DNA of 61,892 nucleotides, counting the filler, from Nemertoderma westbladi (lineage: Eukaryota; Animalia; Xenacoelomorpha): the NCBI GenBank assembly GCA_032718475.1. It is 3 parts of 3 records of this genome, joined end to end, with 100 filler letters (N's around TTAATTAATTAA, not from the genome) between each part and the next. Parts side by side here need not be neighbours in the genome. Positions count along the whole stretch, not along the records: positions 26,698 to 53,863 come from JAUCBJ010001130.1; 2 more parts are not named here. The stretch is one strand, 5' to 3'. Of the stretch, positions 26,698 through 39,756 are shown in pieces; positions within the stretch are counted from its first letter, which is position 1; each line of letters begins with the position of its first letter. The notes under the pieces were generated by a model that saw only the letters and a program-made list of their open reading frames with translations, was not told the DNA's origin and searched no databases. A program made the position numbers and the translations under genes.

Positions 26698-26807
26698 AGT
26701 ACATACATATACGTTAACCTTTCTGGGATTCACCTATCAGGTATTCCCCTTTAAAACTTAGATATATATATATATAGACCCCCACCTTTTCCTGTTAGTT
26801 GCCAGTA

Positions 26808-26850
26808 CATAGTCTGATGCAGACCGGTAGGTCGAAAACGTTTACTATTG
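26808..26850 (+). ncRNA. Minimal hammerhead-ribozyme-like motif of Penelope-type termini (degenerate)
   Basis: ATAGT CTGATGCA GACC ggta GGTC GAAAACGTTT ACTAT. Stems I and II pair and there is a palindromic AAACGTTT, but the core deviates from CUGANGA. Confidence 0.5.
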
Positions 26851-27589
26851 TATCTTTATCTAATATAATATAACCAGCTAAAGACCCTCAATACTTTATT
26901 TTTTTATCATCTTTACACTATGCTGCCGCTGGTGAATGCCTACCACTTCATCCGTTCGTTTGTTAGATAAACACAGACAGACTCAATTATGGATTAAACT
27001 AAACGATTTTTCGCCGTTTCTTAAATTTTAAATTTTGCGAATATTTGTGGGGCGAGCCGCAACGTTCGGTAACCTTGGTGTAGCGGTTCCATAATTGAGC
27101 TGCCTGTCGGTGTCATTGGGAACTGTTTGATGATAATAATTCCGTGAATCTTAGATAAAATTATACCAAAGTTGGTACACAAGTATTCGGTCAAAAGTCG
27201 GAAGTATTCTAGAAGGGAATATACGTATAATATCAACTATAAAATACATGTAAATCAATTTGTTATTCGGCACCGAAATAATTTTCTATAAACTGGAAGT
27301 ATAGAGTAATGTATGCCATAGGGCGTGATTATTCATAGGACTTAAGGGCGTGATTATTCTTGTTCGTCAAAAACATTGGATTGGTAAATTTTCCCGCGAA
27401 CTTTACAATGAAATACCGACGATCTGCTAGTAAGTTTCAGGAAATCGCCCCAAGAGCAGACAGATAGCTGAGTATTTATAAATAAGTAGGGCTGCTCTTT
27501 CGTCGTTGGCAACCCCAATTTATAGCGGGAAAATTAAATTCTCCAAACTGACAAATAGCAAACAATTGTAACAACTCGTTGTATCTCAC

Positions 27590-28201
27590 CTGATGCTGGT
27601 TCACCTTCTATTATAGGAGTTGGATCCTGACAACCGTGCTCATTACAGGCCACCACTGAGAAATAATGACGTTCATTGGGTAATCCTGAGACGATTATGT
27701 AAGAATCATTTGTATTTCCTGTTGTTATAGTAACAATATTTCCGTTACTGTTGTTGTACTCAACTCTAAACCATTGATTAGATCCACCATTGAATCCTGG
27801 TGTCCAACTAACTATAACTCTGGAATTATCAACTGCTTCTACTTTAACTCCAGTCGGCATATGTGGAGGTCCCATAGGTTCCAACTTAACGTCACATTCA
27901 CCAAAAGTACCGATACCATTTCTAACCCTCCCATAGTAGGTTAGATTAAGATCATCACTGGTTACATCATATATCATTAGACTTATGACAGCAATATTTT
28001 TATACCCAAATTTCTCCACTACAACAACTGATGTTCTATATTTATCACCATCGGGCAGCTCCTTATTTAAGTCAACTTCACTAAGCCAATAATAACTCGA
28101 TACAGCTGGATAACTTTCCATTGTACATGTTAGAGTAACGACATTCCCAACATCTCCTATAACAGTTCGCTCTGTGTCATTGTGAATCCAATCCGGTTTG
28201 T
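27590..28201 (-). CDS. Ig-like + fibronectin type III exon of a nephrin/sidestep-like cell-surface protein
   Basis: VTLTCTMESYP...YYGRVRNGIG (Ig) and PPHMPTGV..VSWTPGFNGGSNQWFRVEY..YFSVVACNEHG (FN3). Acceptor ttcttag|AC and donor G|GTGAGA, both phase 1. Confidence 0.85.
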
Positions 28202-28344
28202 CTAAGAAAGTCGAAAAATATTTTATTTTATTTGAAACAATATTTAATTATGTAGAATGACTTAAAGGTTAGTAAGTACTTCGTGCCTCTCACAGGATGC
28301 GTAGCTCCTGTTCTACTAACAGTGATGGAGGGTAATATTTACAG

Positions 28345-28490
28345 TGGTGTTCGGACACTTCCCACCCCGGACACTTCCCCCCCGGACAGTTCCCCACCGT
28401 TCAAGTAGGACAGTTCCCCCTCCGGACACTTCCCCCCCGGACACTTCCCCCCCAGACACTTCCCCCCCGCAGACACTTCCCCCCCGACTG
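28345..28490 (+). repeat. ~15-bp C-rich tandem repeat (CGGACACTTCCCCCC)
   Basis: About 8 visible units. Confidence 0.85.
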
Positions 28491-28697
28491 TTCTTAACTT
28501 CTCACATTCGTATTTTTCATTTTGTAAGGTAAACGGACCGCTTTTATCCAGATAAGTTGTATCCCATTTTCCTTTCGTAGCTCAGAAAGTGATCTTTTGC
28601 ATCCCGATTTTACATTTTATATCCAAGTTTTATTTGGGCTTTATCAATGCAATTACATCGTATTGTTTGCTAATCTTTAAACAATTAATTATATTAG

Positions 28698-29083
28698 ATG
28701 ATCTATAAATTCCATCCCCGGAATCCTCAGTACAGCAACGACAGTGGGGAAGAGAGTATCGAAAGTCCAGCAATACCGGTAACTGTGATATTGTGATCTG
28801 AAAGTGAAAGTTTCTGGTACTTCTTATGATGGAGGTGATTCAATACAATTAAATAGAAGTTTGGAAGTTCATAACGACCCAATAGAAGTAAAGTGGATTC
28901 CAGATGACTGCAATATAGATGTTGATTATATTTGGAGTGGCAACTTCGTAACTGGTGGAGATGAAGTTAGGAATATCGATATAAATAAAAGATCTTCAGG
29001 GATTTACACAACTAAAGCCGAATATACGTTTTATGATTTATCAACTATTACAGAGTCCTTCACTATTGAGTTAATAGTTCAGT
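28698..29083 (+). pseudogene. Inverted, partly decayed Ig-domain exon of the minus-strand Ig/FN3 gene
   Basis: CNIDVDYIW...RSSGIYTTKA...FTIELIVQ, then T|GTAAGT, the same ending and phase as exon 1. ttag acceptor at 28697. The 5' part has stops or a frameshift. Confidence 0.65.
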
Positions 29084-29167
29084 GTAAGTAACAATAAACT
29101 ACAGTATTACCTTCCATCACTGTTAGTAGAACAGGAGTCATTCACTATTGAGTTAATAGTTCAGTGT

Positions 29168-31766
29168 TCTGACCATCAACATTTGATGGGAATCCCAAGG
29201 CAACAGTTATATGTTGCTACAGTCCAACCAATGCCTCAGAGCCAGAACAAGCAGTCAAGTTTTATGAAGAACTGACTGGACTTATAAAGGACATTCCGAA
29301 ACACAATGTTAAATTCATTGCTGGTGACCTGAATGCCCAAATTGGCCCAGAAGACATCAAGGGTTACACTTATAACACCAGTTCTAACAGAAATGGGTAC
29401 TTACTTTTAGACCTAATGGAAGAATGTGAATTGATACCAACAAACAACACATTCGAAAAGAGTAAGGGGAAGCTATGGACCTTTCAATACCCTAATGGAA
29501 CCAAAGCACAACTGGATTACATCCTCATAAACAAAAAGTGGAGAAACAGCATGATCAACTGCGAGGCATACAGCTCGTTCAACCTAATTGGTTCGGACCA
29601 CAGAATTGTGACTGCAGAGATCAGACTCAGTTTGAGAGCCAGCAAACCCAGGACAAGCAAGCAAATCAAATATGACTGGGAAAAACTCAGAACTGTCAAT
29701 GCTGTAAAGGATGCTTATACAGTAGAAGTTCAAAACCGCTTTGAAGCACTCCAGTCAATGGATGAAGACCAATCCACCAATTCAATATACCAGAATATAA
29801 TAACAGGAACAGCCCACAAGGAATCAGCTAAGAGGCATATCCCCCAGAAACCCAAACGAAAACAATATGTGCCATGGCAAAACTCTGAGGTTACTTGTAA
29901 GAGAGAAGATCTTAAGATAGCCTACAAAGTTAAAATCGAACAACCAACAACCGAAAACATTAACAAGGTTGAGAAAGCTAAGGACGATCTTAAATTGGCC
30001 TACAACATCAGCCAGGAAAAGTACATACAGGATAAAACTGAAGCAATTACAACTGCTCACATACAGCAACAATCAAGACTTACCTGACAAACTGTAAATG
30101 AGGTATCTGGTCGGAAAAGTTGTGCAAAGGGGCGCCTCAAAGCCGATAGTCCTGAAGAACGTGTTGGGAAGTGGAAAAATCACTTCAGCAACTTGCTTGG
30201 GCAGCCACAAAACATCGAGGTCAGCCCTACAAGGAAAATATATGACAAGACACTACCTATAGAAACAGGGGACTTCACACCTGGCGAACTCCAAAGAAGC
30301 ATTAAAAGCATGTCCAATAATAAAGCGAGTGGATTAGATGAAATCCCAACGGAGGTATGGAAAACCGGAGTGCTAAACAGACCATTTTTGGATGTTTGCA
30401 ACCGAATGTTAAAAGGGGAAAAGCCACCACCAATTTGGACTAAAGGTCAACTAAAGCCTCTCCCCAAGAAAGGAGACCTCGGCATAGCAACAAACTATCG
30501 TGGGATCTGTCTGCTGTGGTAGCTGCCAAAATATACAATAAAATGATTCTATATAGGATTAGGCCTCACATAGAGAAACTACTGCGTAAGAGCCAAAACG
30601 GATTTCGACCAAGTAGATCAACAATAGCTCAGATACTTGACTACGGAGACTGATTGAAGGAATTAAGTCAAAGAATCTCCCCGCTGTCATGACTTTTGTG
30701 GACTTCAAGAAGGCATTCGACTCCATCCATAGAGGTAAAATGCTTGAAATCCTAAGAGCTTATGGAATACCAGAAGTAATTGTTGCTGGCATTGGATTGT
30801 TATATTGTGACACAGAAGCGCAGGTACTCTCACCAGATGGTGAAACTGAGTTTTTCTCAATCCTGGCTGGCGTACTGCAAGGTTAGCACCATTACTATTT
30901 GTAATTGTGCTGGATTACGCAATGAGGACGGCCACAAAGGGTGAAGAACTGGGATTCACACTTCAAGAACGCAGAAGTAGTAGATATCCGGCAACTACAG
31001 TCACAGACACCGACTTTGCGGATGACATCGCCCTGCTCTCTAATACCCTAGCAGATTCACAGCTTCTACTAAATAAAGTGGAGAGGGCTGCTAAGGAGGT
31101 TGGATTGCATATAAATGCTACAAAGACCGAATTCATGACCTTTAATGTTGATGGAAACTTGACAACCATTGATAATGATCAACTAAGGAAGGTCGATGAC
31201 TTCCAGTATCTTGGATCATGGATAGAGAGTAGCAAAAAGGATATAGAAGTTAGGAAAGCAAAGGCTTGGGTAGCTCTATCAAAAATGGATACCATCTGGA
31301 AATCAGATCTCTCCAGGCACCTTAAGACTAAGTTCTTTCGAGCCACAGTGGAAAGTTTATTTTTATATGGGGGTGAGACCTGGACACTGACTAAATCACT
31401 TGAACAACAAATTGATGGTTGCTACACAAGACTACTAAGGGCAGCCCTAAACATCAGCTGGAGACAACACATGACAAACGCCGAGCTTTATGGTACAATA
31501 CCACCTGTATCATCCACCCTCCGTGAACGCAGATTAAGATTCAGTGGGCACTGCTGGCGAAGTAAAGACGAGGTCATACCAGATCTACTTTTCTGGCAAC
31601 CAACTCATGGAAAGCGTAGTCGTGGACGACCGGCCATAACATATATAGATCAACTTGAAAGGGATACTGAACTTAGGAGAAACGAAATTGCGACAACTAT
31701 GGAGACTCGGGAAGCCTGGAAGGATCTCATTTCCACTGTCCGAGTTCGCTCGACCTAGTAGTAGTA
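29168..31766 (+). mobile_element. 5'-truncated RTE-clade LINE (partial AP endonuclease + RT), disrupted
   Basis: CYSPT, GDLNA, QLDYIL and SDHRIV (APE). FVDFKKAFDSI, GVLQG, DFADD and FQYLGS (RT). TGA at 30085, several frameshifts, (TAG)n tail. Confidence 0.93.
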
Positions 31767-32386
31767 TAATATTGTAATAGCGAGTTTTATAAACGCGAAT
31801 TATTTGCCACTGTGTTTTGGTTACTTATCTGAATAAAAATTACACTGTAGTCGTAGTGGTTAAAGTAAGCCAATATAGATTAGAGGTTTCGTTTAATAAT
31901 TGAACTTTAAGCAAATCTAAGTAATACTGTAGATACAAAATAATATAAATGGTGGATGTATCACCTGTGCCCCCCCCCCCCCCCCCCAACCCACTCTTTG
32001 GTGTCCCAAATATTTGGTTTTTAGGATATAGATATTCAATAGGTGGTGATACCATAAATGCCATATATATTACATTAGTATACATATACATTAGTTATTT
32101 TGCGGAATATTTACCCAGCGGAAGGAGTTATAAACTTATAACATTTCTTAAACTTATATGTTACGTTGAAACCTCGAATAGTTTAGTGGAAACAAACGCA
32201 ATTTTAGTTGACAGATTGCCTCTATTGTTGTCTACAGCCGTTCCGAAATTGTCAATCGGTTTAGATTTTTAGCTGAACCTTGCTATGAGATTTTATTTTC
32301 TATATTTGTTTACTTATTGGTGGTGATCACTGATCAGTAATTCAAATCACTGAAAATCATAATTTTGAGTTTTGTAATACTAAACC

Positions 32387-34616
32387 CAGTGCCGGATTAA
32401 CCTTAAGGCATATAAGGCACGTGCCTTAGGGCCAGCCGAAAATACGGGCCATTTTTTCTCAGCGAGTCATTCTTGTAAAAAAAATATTTTTATCTGAAGA
32501 GTCCACATTTTCTCTCACTAAAATGTATAGAAAACAGAGCAAGAAAGTGCATCTTTCGACTACTTTCTATCCCTAAATTTCTGATAGAAATTGCAAAATT
32601 CTAGCTCATTCGACCGACAGGTGCTGTGTTATTATAACGAACCTGTCTTTAGACTGGGTAGTTTTTGTCTAAAGCTGAGGCCGGCAAAAACACGATGGAT
32701 ATATTTACCTATATCACTCACTATATATGTCACTATATCACTCACTATGTATGTTCACCAAATGGCTTGAAACCACTTGCATGCATTGTAAAATTGTAAA
32801 CGCAAGTATTTATCAATTGTTGTCTAGTTGTTGAATAAAAAAGTTGGGAACGATTCGAAGTGCGATATTCGAAATATTTGCATATTTTCAACATTATTGA
32901 ACGCGAAATTAAATACCCACAACTCCCTTGCTTGAAATGTTTTTCAGGTGATTGATATTTAGCAATTATTATGAGGTTACTTACTACTGAAATCTGACAG
33001 AATGCCAAACGTATTATTATAGTTCTATCTCTATTCAGCCAGGTAGTGTAATGTAAAGCAGTACATCATTTATATATCGCATGTATCTATAGGGCCTAAT
33101 TGTCATCGTTATAATACTGTCATCAACTTAGGCTAAGCTCAATTGTAATGCAAAGGCTTTGTAGGTTTTGTATATCTGGGACGTTTACAACAGCTGTCGA
33201 TTAAACTAACAAAACCATAAAACTGAACCAGGGTGGCTGCCAGTCGGGTACCAACGGCTGTTGGGTAGACTTAAGGGAACATTTCACAAACTTTCATAGG
33301 ATGCTTGTACATGTACATTATATTGGTTGCTCCGATGTTTTTATTAGGCTAACTGAGAATGTATCAGGTATAAATACTGTAATTATAGTGTTCTTTATTT
33401 TATTTATCTAATACAGAAAAGACCCCTCCGCAGAATAAACTGCTCTTTTGGGCCGTTTCTCAGGTTGCGGATATGGATACCATTTCACACATCATCGTAG
33501 TAATTGTGATTATGATTTGTTTGCCTAGGCGAATGTGTATTACATTAGATGGGAGGCAGTTTTTTGGTTGATGCAAGTCATTCTTGGTTTGCATCTTCCA
33601 ATCCCATCTGTTTCTTGGAGTCTGTGTAAGACAGGTTCGTTTAAAGGCATCTTGATGGCGTTCTAGTATTAGTTCGAGACCTGATGGCAGGGAAATAATA
33701 AAACTTGGGCAGTAAAACTTTAAAGTGCTAATTATGAACAATGGAGAATTTAATTTAATTTATTTGTGGGGAATTATTTGTAGTTATGCTCTTAAACTTT
33801 CTGGAACAACCAAATAATGACGTGGTGACATACTGGAAATACTGTTCATTGTAAATGTATATGGCGTGGAGATATGGTAGTGCGAAATTAATTTTTTTAC
33901 CGGAATTTTATAAATATAGGCCCTAATAGATATAAAAAAAAAGATAATAATAAAAAAATAAAAAAATAATAAAAAAAAACTTGTCAGAAATAACTTCTTG
34001 ACACTAATTTAATTTAACCGCAATTCAGATGTTCTGCCCTCGTGTATTGAATTTTCATTCGATGGTTTTTTAGGTGCATTTCCTGCAAAACCTAAAAGCA
34101 TAATTGGGCAGCATAATTGAATTTGGTAAATTATAATTAGTGACAAAAAGTACTTATTTCCGAGACTGTTCTCTATCGGAGAACATTTCTTTCTCAGCAA
34201 GTCCAAATCTAGATCAGAAATATTATATCTTTTGCCCACACTTTTGGTGTGTTATATTTCTCAGCAAGTCCTGTAAAGATAAGTACCGTGCAAAACCTAC
34301 CCTACAGAAAATAAATAACACATTCCATAAATAACACAAGGTTTTATAGGCATAATATGCCGTTTTGTAATGTTACAATTCTTGATGAAAACTATTTTTG
34401 CAAAGTACTTATTATTAAAGTAATTAGTACTTATTTGCACACAGTCAGTCATCCAACGAAAATACTTTATATTTCCTTCGCAACATTTTCACAATTTCAG
34501 TTGTTTTTAGTAGCTTTTACTTTTGAAAGGGTTTGCGGAAAAATATCAATTTTCGGGCCATTTTTGGAAATTACTAAAATGTGCCTTAGGGCCACCAGAG
34601 GCTTAATCCGGCACTG
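32387..34616. mobile_element. Non-autonomous hAT-type DNA transposon
   Basis: 14-bp TIRs CAGTGCCGGATTAA / TTAATCCGGCACTG. 8-bp TSD ACTAAACC at 32379-32386 and 34617-34624. Subterminal GTGCCTTAGGGCC at both ends. No long ORF. Confidence 0.88.
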
Positions 34617-35059
34617 ACTAAACCAATTGTATTACGTTTCCAATGAAATTATATTTCTGTATGTTTAGAACGTTTGTGGAGTTTAAATGATAATGGAATT
34701 AACGGGAATGCCACCAATTTCGATCACAAAACAGCTATTCTTGAATTTAATAATAGCATTAATAATTGTGATCATATGTAGTAGGTACGTCACAAGGTTG
34801 CCTTGGATACAAAACCACGTACATTTAGCACTAAACTACCTGTTTATGTAGAACCAAGGCCATCATCGTATATATATATATCTGTATATATATTTTGGTG
34901 AGGTGTTCCCAGGTTAAAATCTACATTAATTAATTGTCGTAGACTTTCTATTCCAATTGAATCACTCGTAACGTTTATCTGCTTCAATATATACCACACC
35001 GTGGTGTCAGACACTCTACACCTTTACGTTTAATATACGATTGTACTTCTAGCGGTAAA

Positions 35060-35170
35060 GACTATCTGAAGCAGGTCGTTAGGTCGATAACGTTTATGTA
35101 CCGTTAAGTTATCTTTCTGTCAGCCGGACTCATTCACTTTATTTACATTTAAGTAAATACACTATGCACC
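35060..35170 (+). mobile_element. Second, more decayed Penelope-type terminus with hammerhead-like remnant
   Basis: CTGAAGCA GGTC gtta GGTC GATAACGTTTA, with downstream actttatt...acactatgc shared with 26810-26925. Confidence 0.4.
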
Positions 35171-36121
35171 AATACTGCTTTACTACAGTATATTATATTA
35201 TAATATTACCTCTTAAAATACTACGGGCCATCAGGCTCAGTAACCTTGATATTTCAAGATTTTATAAAGCTTTAAATATATTTTACTCGCACCACCATGC
35301 ACAACAAACAGAAAAGTTATTGCCGTAAACTTCCTACTGTAGTAGTTAGTTCGTTTTTCTACTTCTCTCTACATTTCACTACCATTTCTTTCCCCATTTT
35401 GGACTTCACTTTATGTCATTTACCGGCTTGTGGTTTCCTCAGAATGCCTCCAGCCGTCTCAGAAACCCCAGTCTACAGTCTGATGCTCAATCAATCAATC
35501 AATCAATGGAGCTCGAACGAGCTCGTGTATTATTCGCATAATGGGATACCACAATATTTAATTATAAAATCATTGCACCAGTGAACGTTTGTTTGTAATT
35601 TTTGTTTTGTTCTGATGTAATATGGTTTTAGGGGGTGCGTTATTCGTTTTATGTTCTGTTCAAAAAAAAAAAGGAGAGAAAGCAGTAGCATAGCTAGTTT
35701 TGCCTCTTACCTTCTTTTTCTCAGAGAATCGTGATGTGGTACACCGGTTGGCTTATTATGGTGATGTCGGCCAGTGATCCTGAGTATATTCTGCGATGCC
35801 ATATATCAGTGCAATTTTTCTAATAATAGTAACTTTATTTTAATGTGCCGAAATTTCAGTTTTAAATTTTATTTTAAGTTTATTTTTCTAATAATAGTAA
35901 CTGTATTGTATTGTGCCGAAATTGCAATTTTAATTTTATTTTAAATTTCGTTTACGTTTTAAAAAAAAAAGAAAAAAAAAAAATGTTAGTTCATATATTA
36001 TTTAGTCATGATGCAAATAGCGTTGACGATGACGATGGAGTGATAGCATTACGAAGTTACGAAATTTAGGATAATTTTTATTTATTTTATAATTTAATAG
36101 TGATACGCAACTATATTGGAA

Positions 36122-37080
36122 TTAAAGTTCACTTAACATATGAAGTTTTAATTTTCTAGCTAGTGTGTTTTTTGATTTGCACATTTTAAATTCTGTTTTT
36201 AGTGAGTTCCATATGATTGCACCGCTGTATTTTAGAGAGTTTTGGGTTGATATTAGTCTGGTACGTGGAATAAAGTAGTTTTTGGATATAGTGGATCGAG
36301 TTGTATAATTGTGGATATCTGAAGTTTGTGTAAATAGGGCCGTTATAAATTGCTTTTTTTTGTTATTGTAAATGTCCCACATAAGTTTTGTTACTTCTAG
36401 GTTATATAGATTTTCGATTGGCAAGATATTAAGGTATTTATAGATCGGAATGGAATGAGCTTGGAAGTGGTTGAAGGTTATTGCTCGTATTATTTTATTT
36501 ATTTTGACACGGATTGGATTTATATATTTGTTATAAGCACTTCCCCACAATATTATACCATATAATATGTAAGGATGGATTAGCGAGAAATATAACATTT
36601 TTAATACTTTTAGTGGTAGTATGTGTCTAATTTTATAAAATATACCGCATGATTTAGAGATTTTTTTTAGGACGTAAGCACAATGGTTTTTCCAGGTCAA
36701 TTTATTATCTATCCAGATGCCTAAAAATTTTGTTTCAGTTTTGATGTTTATATTTGCATTATTGATCTTGATAGTGTCTGAGGGGGGATTCTTTAATTTA
36801 TTTGAGAAAATGAGATATTCTGTTTTTTTTAGATTTAATGATAGTCTGTTGTCTTTTAGCCATTCGTCTAGTTTCTGTAGTTCGTCATTGATAGTGGAAA
36901 TTAACGTATTTGGGTTTCTGTGTGTGTATAAGAGGTTTGTGTCGTCAGCGAACAGTGTAGTAATAAGAGACGTGCAGTTTGGTAAGTCGTTTATATAGAG
37001 TAAGAAGAGGGTACTGCTTAGAATAGCACCTTGGGGTGTACCACAGGTGGGAGTTAGCGGATCAGAGTTTATATTATCAC
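36122..37080 (-). mobile_element. CR1/L2-group LINE 3' RT fragment in intron 1 of the Ig/FN3 gene
   Basis: Open frame reading CGTPQGAILS..LFLLYINDLP..LFADDT..LSLNLKKT..KFLGIWIDNKLTW..LYFSLIHPYILYGIILWG. Confidence 0.88.
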
Positions 37081-37161
37081 TGACTCACTCACTGACAGTG
37101 ATCGTATGTAACTAAATATATTGTAACATAATATAACCTTTAGGGGATATCTCAAACTTAC

Positions 37162-38011
37162 ATTGAACTTCGATCGTAGTGGTACAGGATTTATCATCTT
37201 CTATAGCTATATTCCTCGCCTTACATATAAACTCTGCCCCATTGTCTCCACGACTTAGATCTCTATTTATACTCAGTGTATCTCCTGGTTCAGTTACGAC
37301 TCCACCAATAGCATCTCCGTTACTATACCAACTCCATCTAGAATCTCCTGATGTACTTCCAGCTACCGGTACCGGTACCCAATCCGATAACTTACAGTTT
37401 AATGTAGCTGAACTGCCTTCTATATAAGTACAACTCGGTACGCAACTACACTCTGGTTCATTATCAGCTTTACATTGGGGTGGAAGAGTTATTATAAGTG
37501 GGTAAGCTGACTGATCGGATATTGCCGGATTGTCTTGGAGATTTAACCTACCGTTTAACGAACTATTAGTATAATAGATTATTATTATATCAAATTCCTC
37601 CGGTATAGATTCAATACCAGGAGGATTCAACCCAACAGTTATACTTCCTGCAGCTCCGATTGTGTTGCTACTTATATATTCTGTTGTACTCCATCCGTCA
37701 CAAGGGATAACATTGTTACCGTTTCTACAAACATCTCCTTTGGAGTTTGCTACATTATTCACACTTATGCTGTTACCATTATCACCCGTAGCAGTAACAT
37801 ATAATTCCATTACATCGGAATTAGAATCCGTTATTAATTCGCTAACCTCTTCAATAACAAAATCAACTTTCACTGCAATAGAGTATCTTTCTTCTATAAT
37901 TAAACATTCTCTAGTAAATTTAGATCCATCTGGTTCGACTAGTTGATATCCATTATACTTTAACCCCAAAATAACATCAGTTAGTATCAGTACTATCAGT
38001 AATGATTTCAT
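37162..38011 (-). CDS. First coding exon of the Ig/FN3 protein (signal peptide, unassigned N-terminal domain, Ig domain)
   Basis: MKSLLIVLILTDVILG signal peptide; EGSSATLNC..WSWY..DNGAEFICKARN Ig motif. Donor CAA T|GTAAGT joins AC AAA CCG at 28201 to give VQYKP. Confidence 0.82.
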
Positions 38012-38915
38012 TGTAATTGGGGCAAAGTTTGTTGTTCAATTATAACAACTTATGTTTAATATTGTATCAATTTATACAATTTTACAAAATTTATAGATTG
38101 AGTACCGTTTTTAATAAATAAAAATTGTGAAATTATATATAAAAGATATTTAAATTATAAACAAAAAACTACAGTATATTTTGATAGCATTGCTGTTTGT
38201 TTCGAGGGCCGCCACTCTTTTTGTGAATATTGTTGCTTGTGTATATTGTATATGTATATGTATATCCATGGCTGACTTATACTAACATACAAAAATAAAT
38301 ATGTTTTTCTGTTGAAAAGACATCTTTCAAACCACCCATATCTCATATATTGGGTGAATTCTAAGATTCTTTTGAATTTTGTGATTAAATTTCAAATCGG
38401 TGGTTGTGCGATAAAAAGTGGATGCTATGCTATGATTTGAGTATATTTGAGCTGAAATCTGAAAGGCTTGGCGCCTTGGTAATAATATTTAACCAAAGTA
38501 GTCAGTACAGTAGTGGACCCATCATATGTTTCACTAATAATATATAAATATTTTATTTTTAAATGTTAAAAACATAATATTTCAACCAAAATTCAACAAA
38601 TATCTATATAAACATTAAACCCGGAAACTATAAAATATTTTATAAGTTAACTTTTGTTTGGCAAGTTTTATATTAAATTCTGGGGCCAAATGTAACTTCC
38701 TCTTTGGCATGAATGGCAGGGAAATAGTAACAATATGGTCGATTTATGTTGAGTCCCCGATTGGAGAAAATCCCTAATATTCTACGACTTCGGCGATTTG
38801 AAAGAAATAATGAGAGAGAAAATATGTTACAAAATAATAATTTTCAAATATAAAAGATACCAAATATAATACAAATAAGGATAGTAATATTTACTGACAG
38901 TTGTTACCCGTTAAT

Positions 38916-39386
38916 AACAGTTATCCAATCTTTGCACAGGCTTTCCAACAGTTATCCAATCTTTGCACAGGCTATCCAACAGTTATCCAATCTTTGCACA
39001 GGCTATCCAACAGTTATCCAATTCTTGCACAGGCTATCCAACAGTTATCCAATCTCTGCACAGGCTATCCAACAGTTATCCAATCTCTGCACAGGCTATC
39101 CAACAGTTATCCAATCTTTGCACAGGCTATCCAACAGTTATCCAATTTTTGCACAACAGACTATCCAACAGTTATCCAATCTTTGCACAGACTATCCAAC
39201 AGTTATCCAATCTTTGCACAGGCTATCCAACAGTTATCCAATCTTTGCACTGGCTATCCAACAGTTATCCAATCTTTGCACAGGCTATCCAACAGTTATC
39301 CAATCTCTGCACAGGCTATCCAACAGTTATCCAATCTTTGCAGAGGCTATACAACAGTTATCCAATTTTTGCATAGGCTATCCAAC
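38916..39386. repeat. 31-bp minisatellite (CTATCCAACAGTTATCCAATCTTTGCACAGG), ~15 copies
   Basis: Visible tandem units. The region is bracketed by a 20-bp direct repeat TTATGTTGAGTCCCCGATTG at 38744 and 39423. Confidence 0.95.
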
Positions 39387-39756
39387 TTATTATTAACTTA
39401 TTATTAACTTATTACTAAATTATTATGTTGAGTCCCCGATTGTGCAACTAGGTGACCACAAAGAGATTCAATCTCACGCTTGTTAGAGGACCAAATATTC
39501 TATGCTATTTTAGATAAATACCGTGTATAATATATTATGGCTTAAGGGGGGGGGGGGGGGGGGGGGGTGGACAACTCTTAAGGGGGGGATAATCGAACAA
39601 CTCTTCGATTTATTACTTTCAGCGTTTCAAAATTGTTTGGTTTTGGCTAAAATTTTGAATATAGGTGCCTACTATGCTATTCTACATGACAGGTCAGAAA
39701 TTTTTTTTTTCTCCATTTAATATTAGTTAATACTAGTTAACAAAAAAGTCCTAAAA

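Noticed and set aside
38901-39407. Three ORFs with repeating LSNSYPI peptides
   Set aside because: A 31-bp unit cycles through all three frames, a minisatellite artefact.
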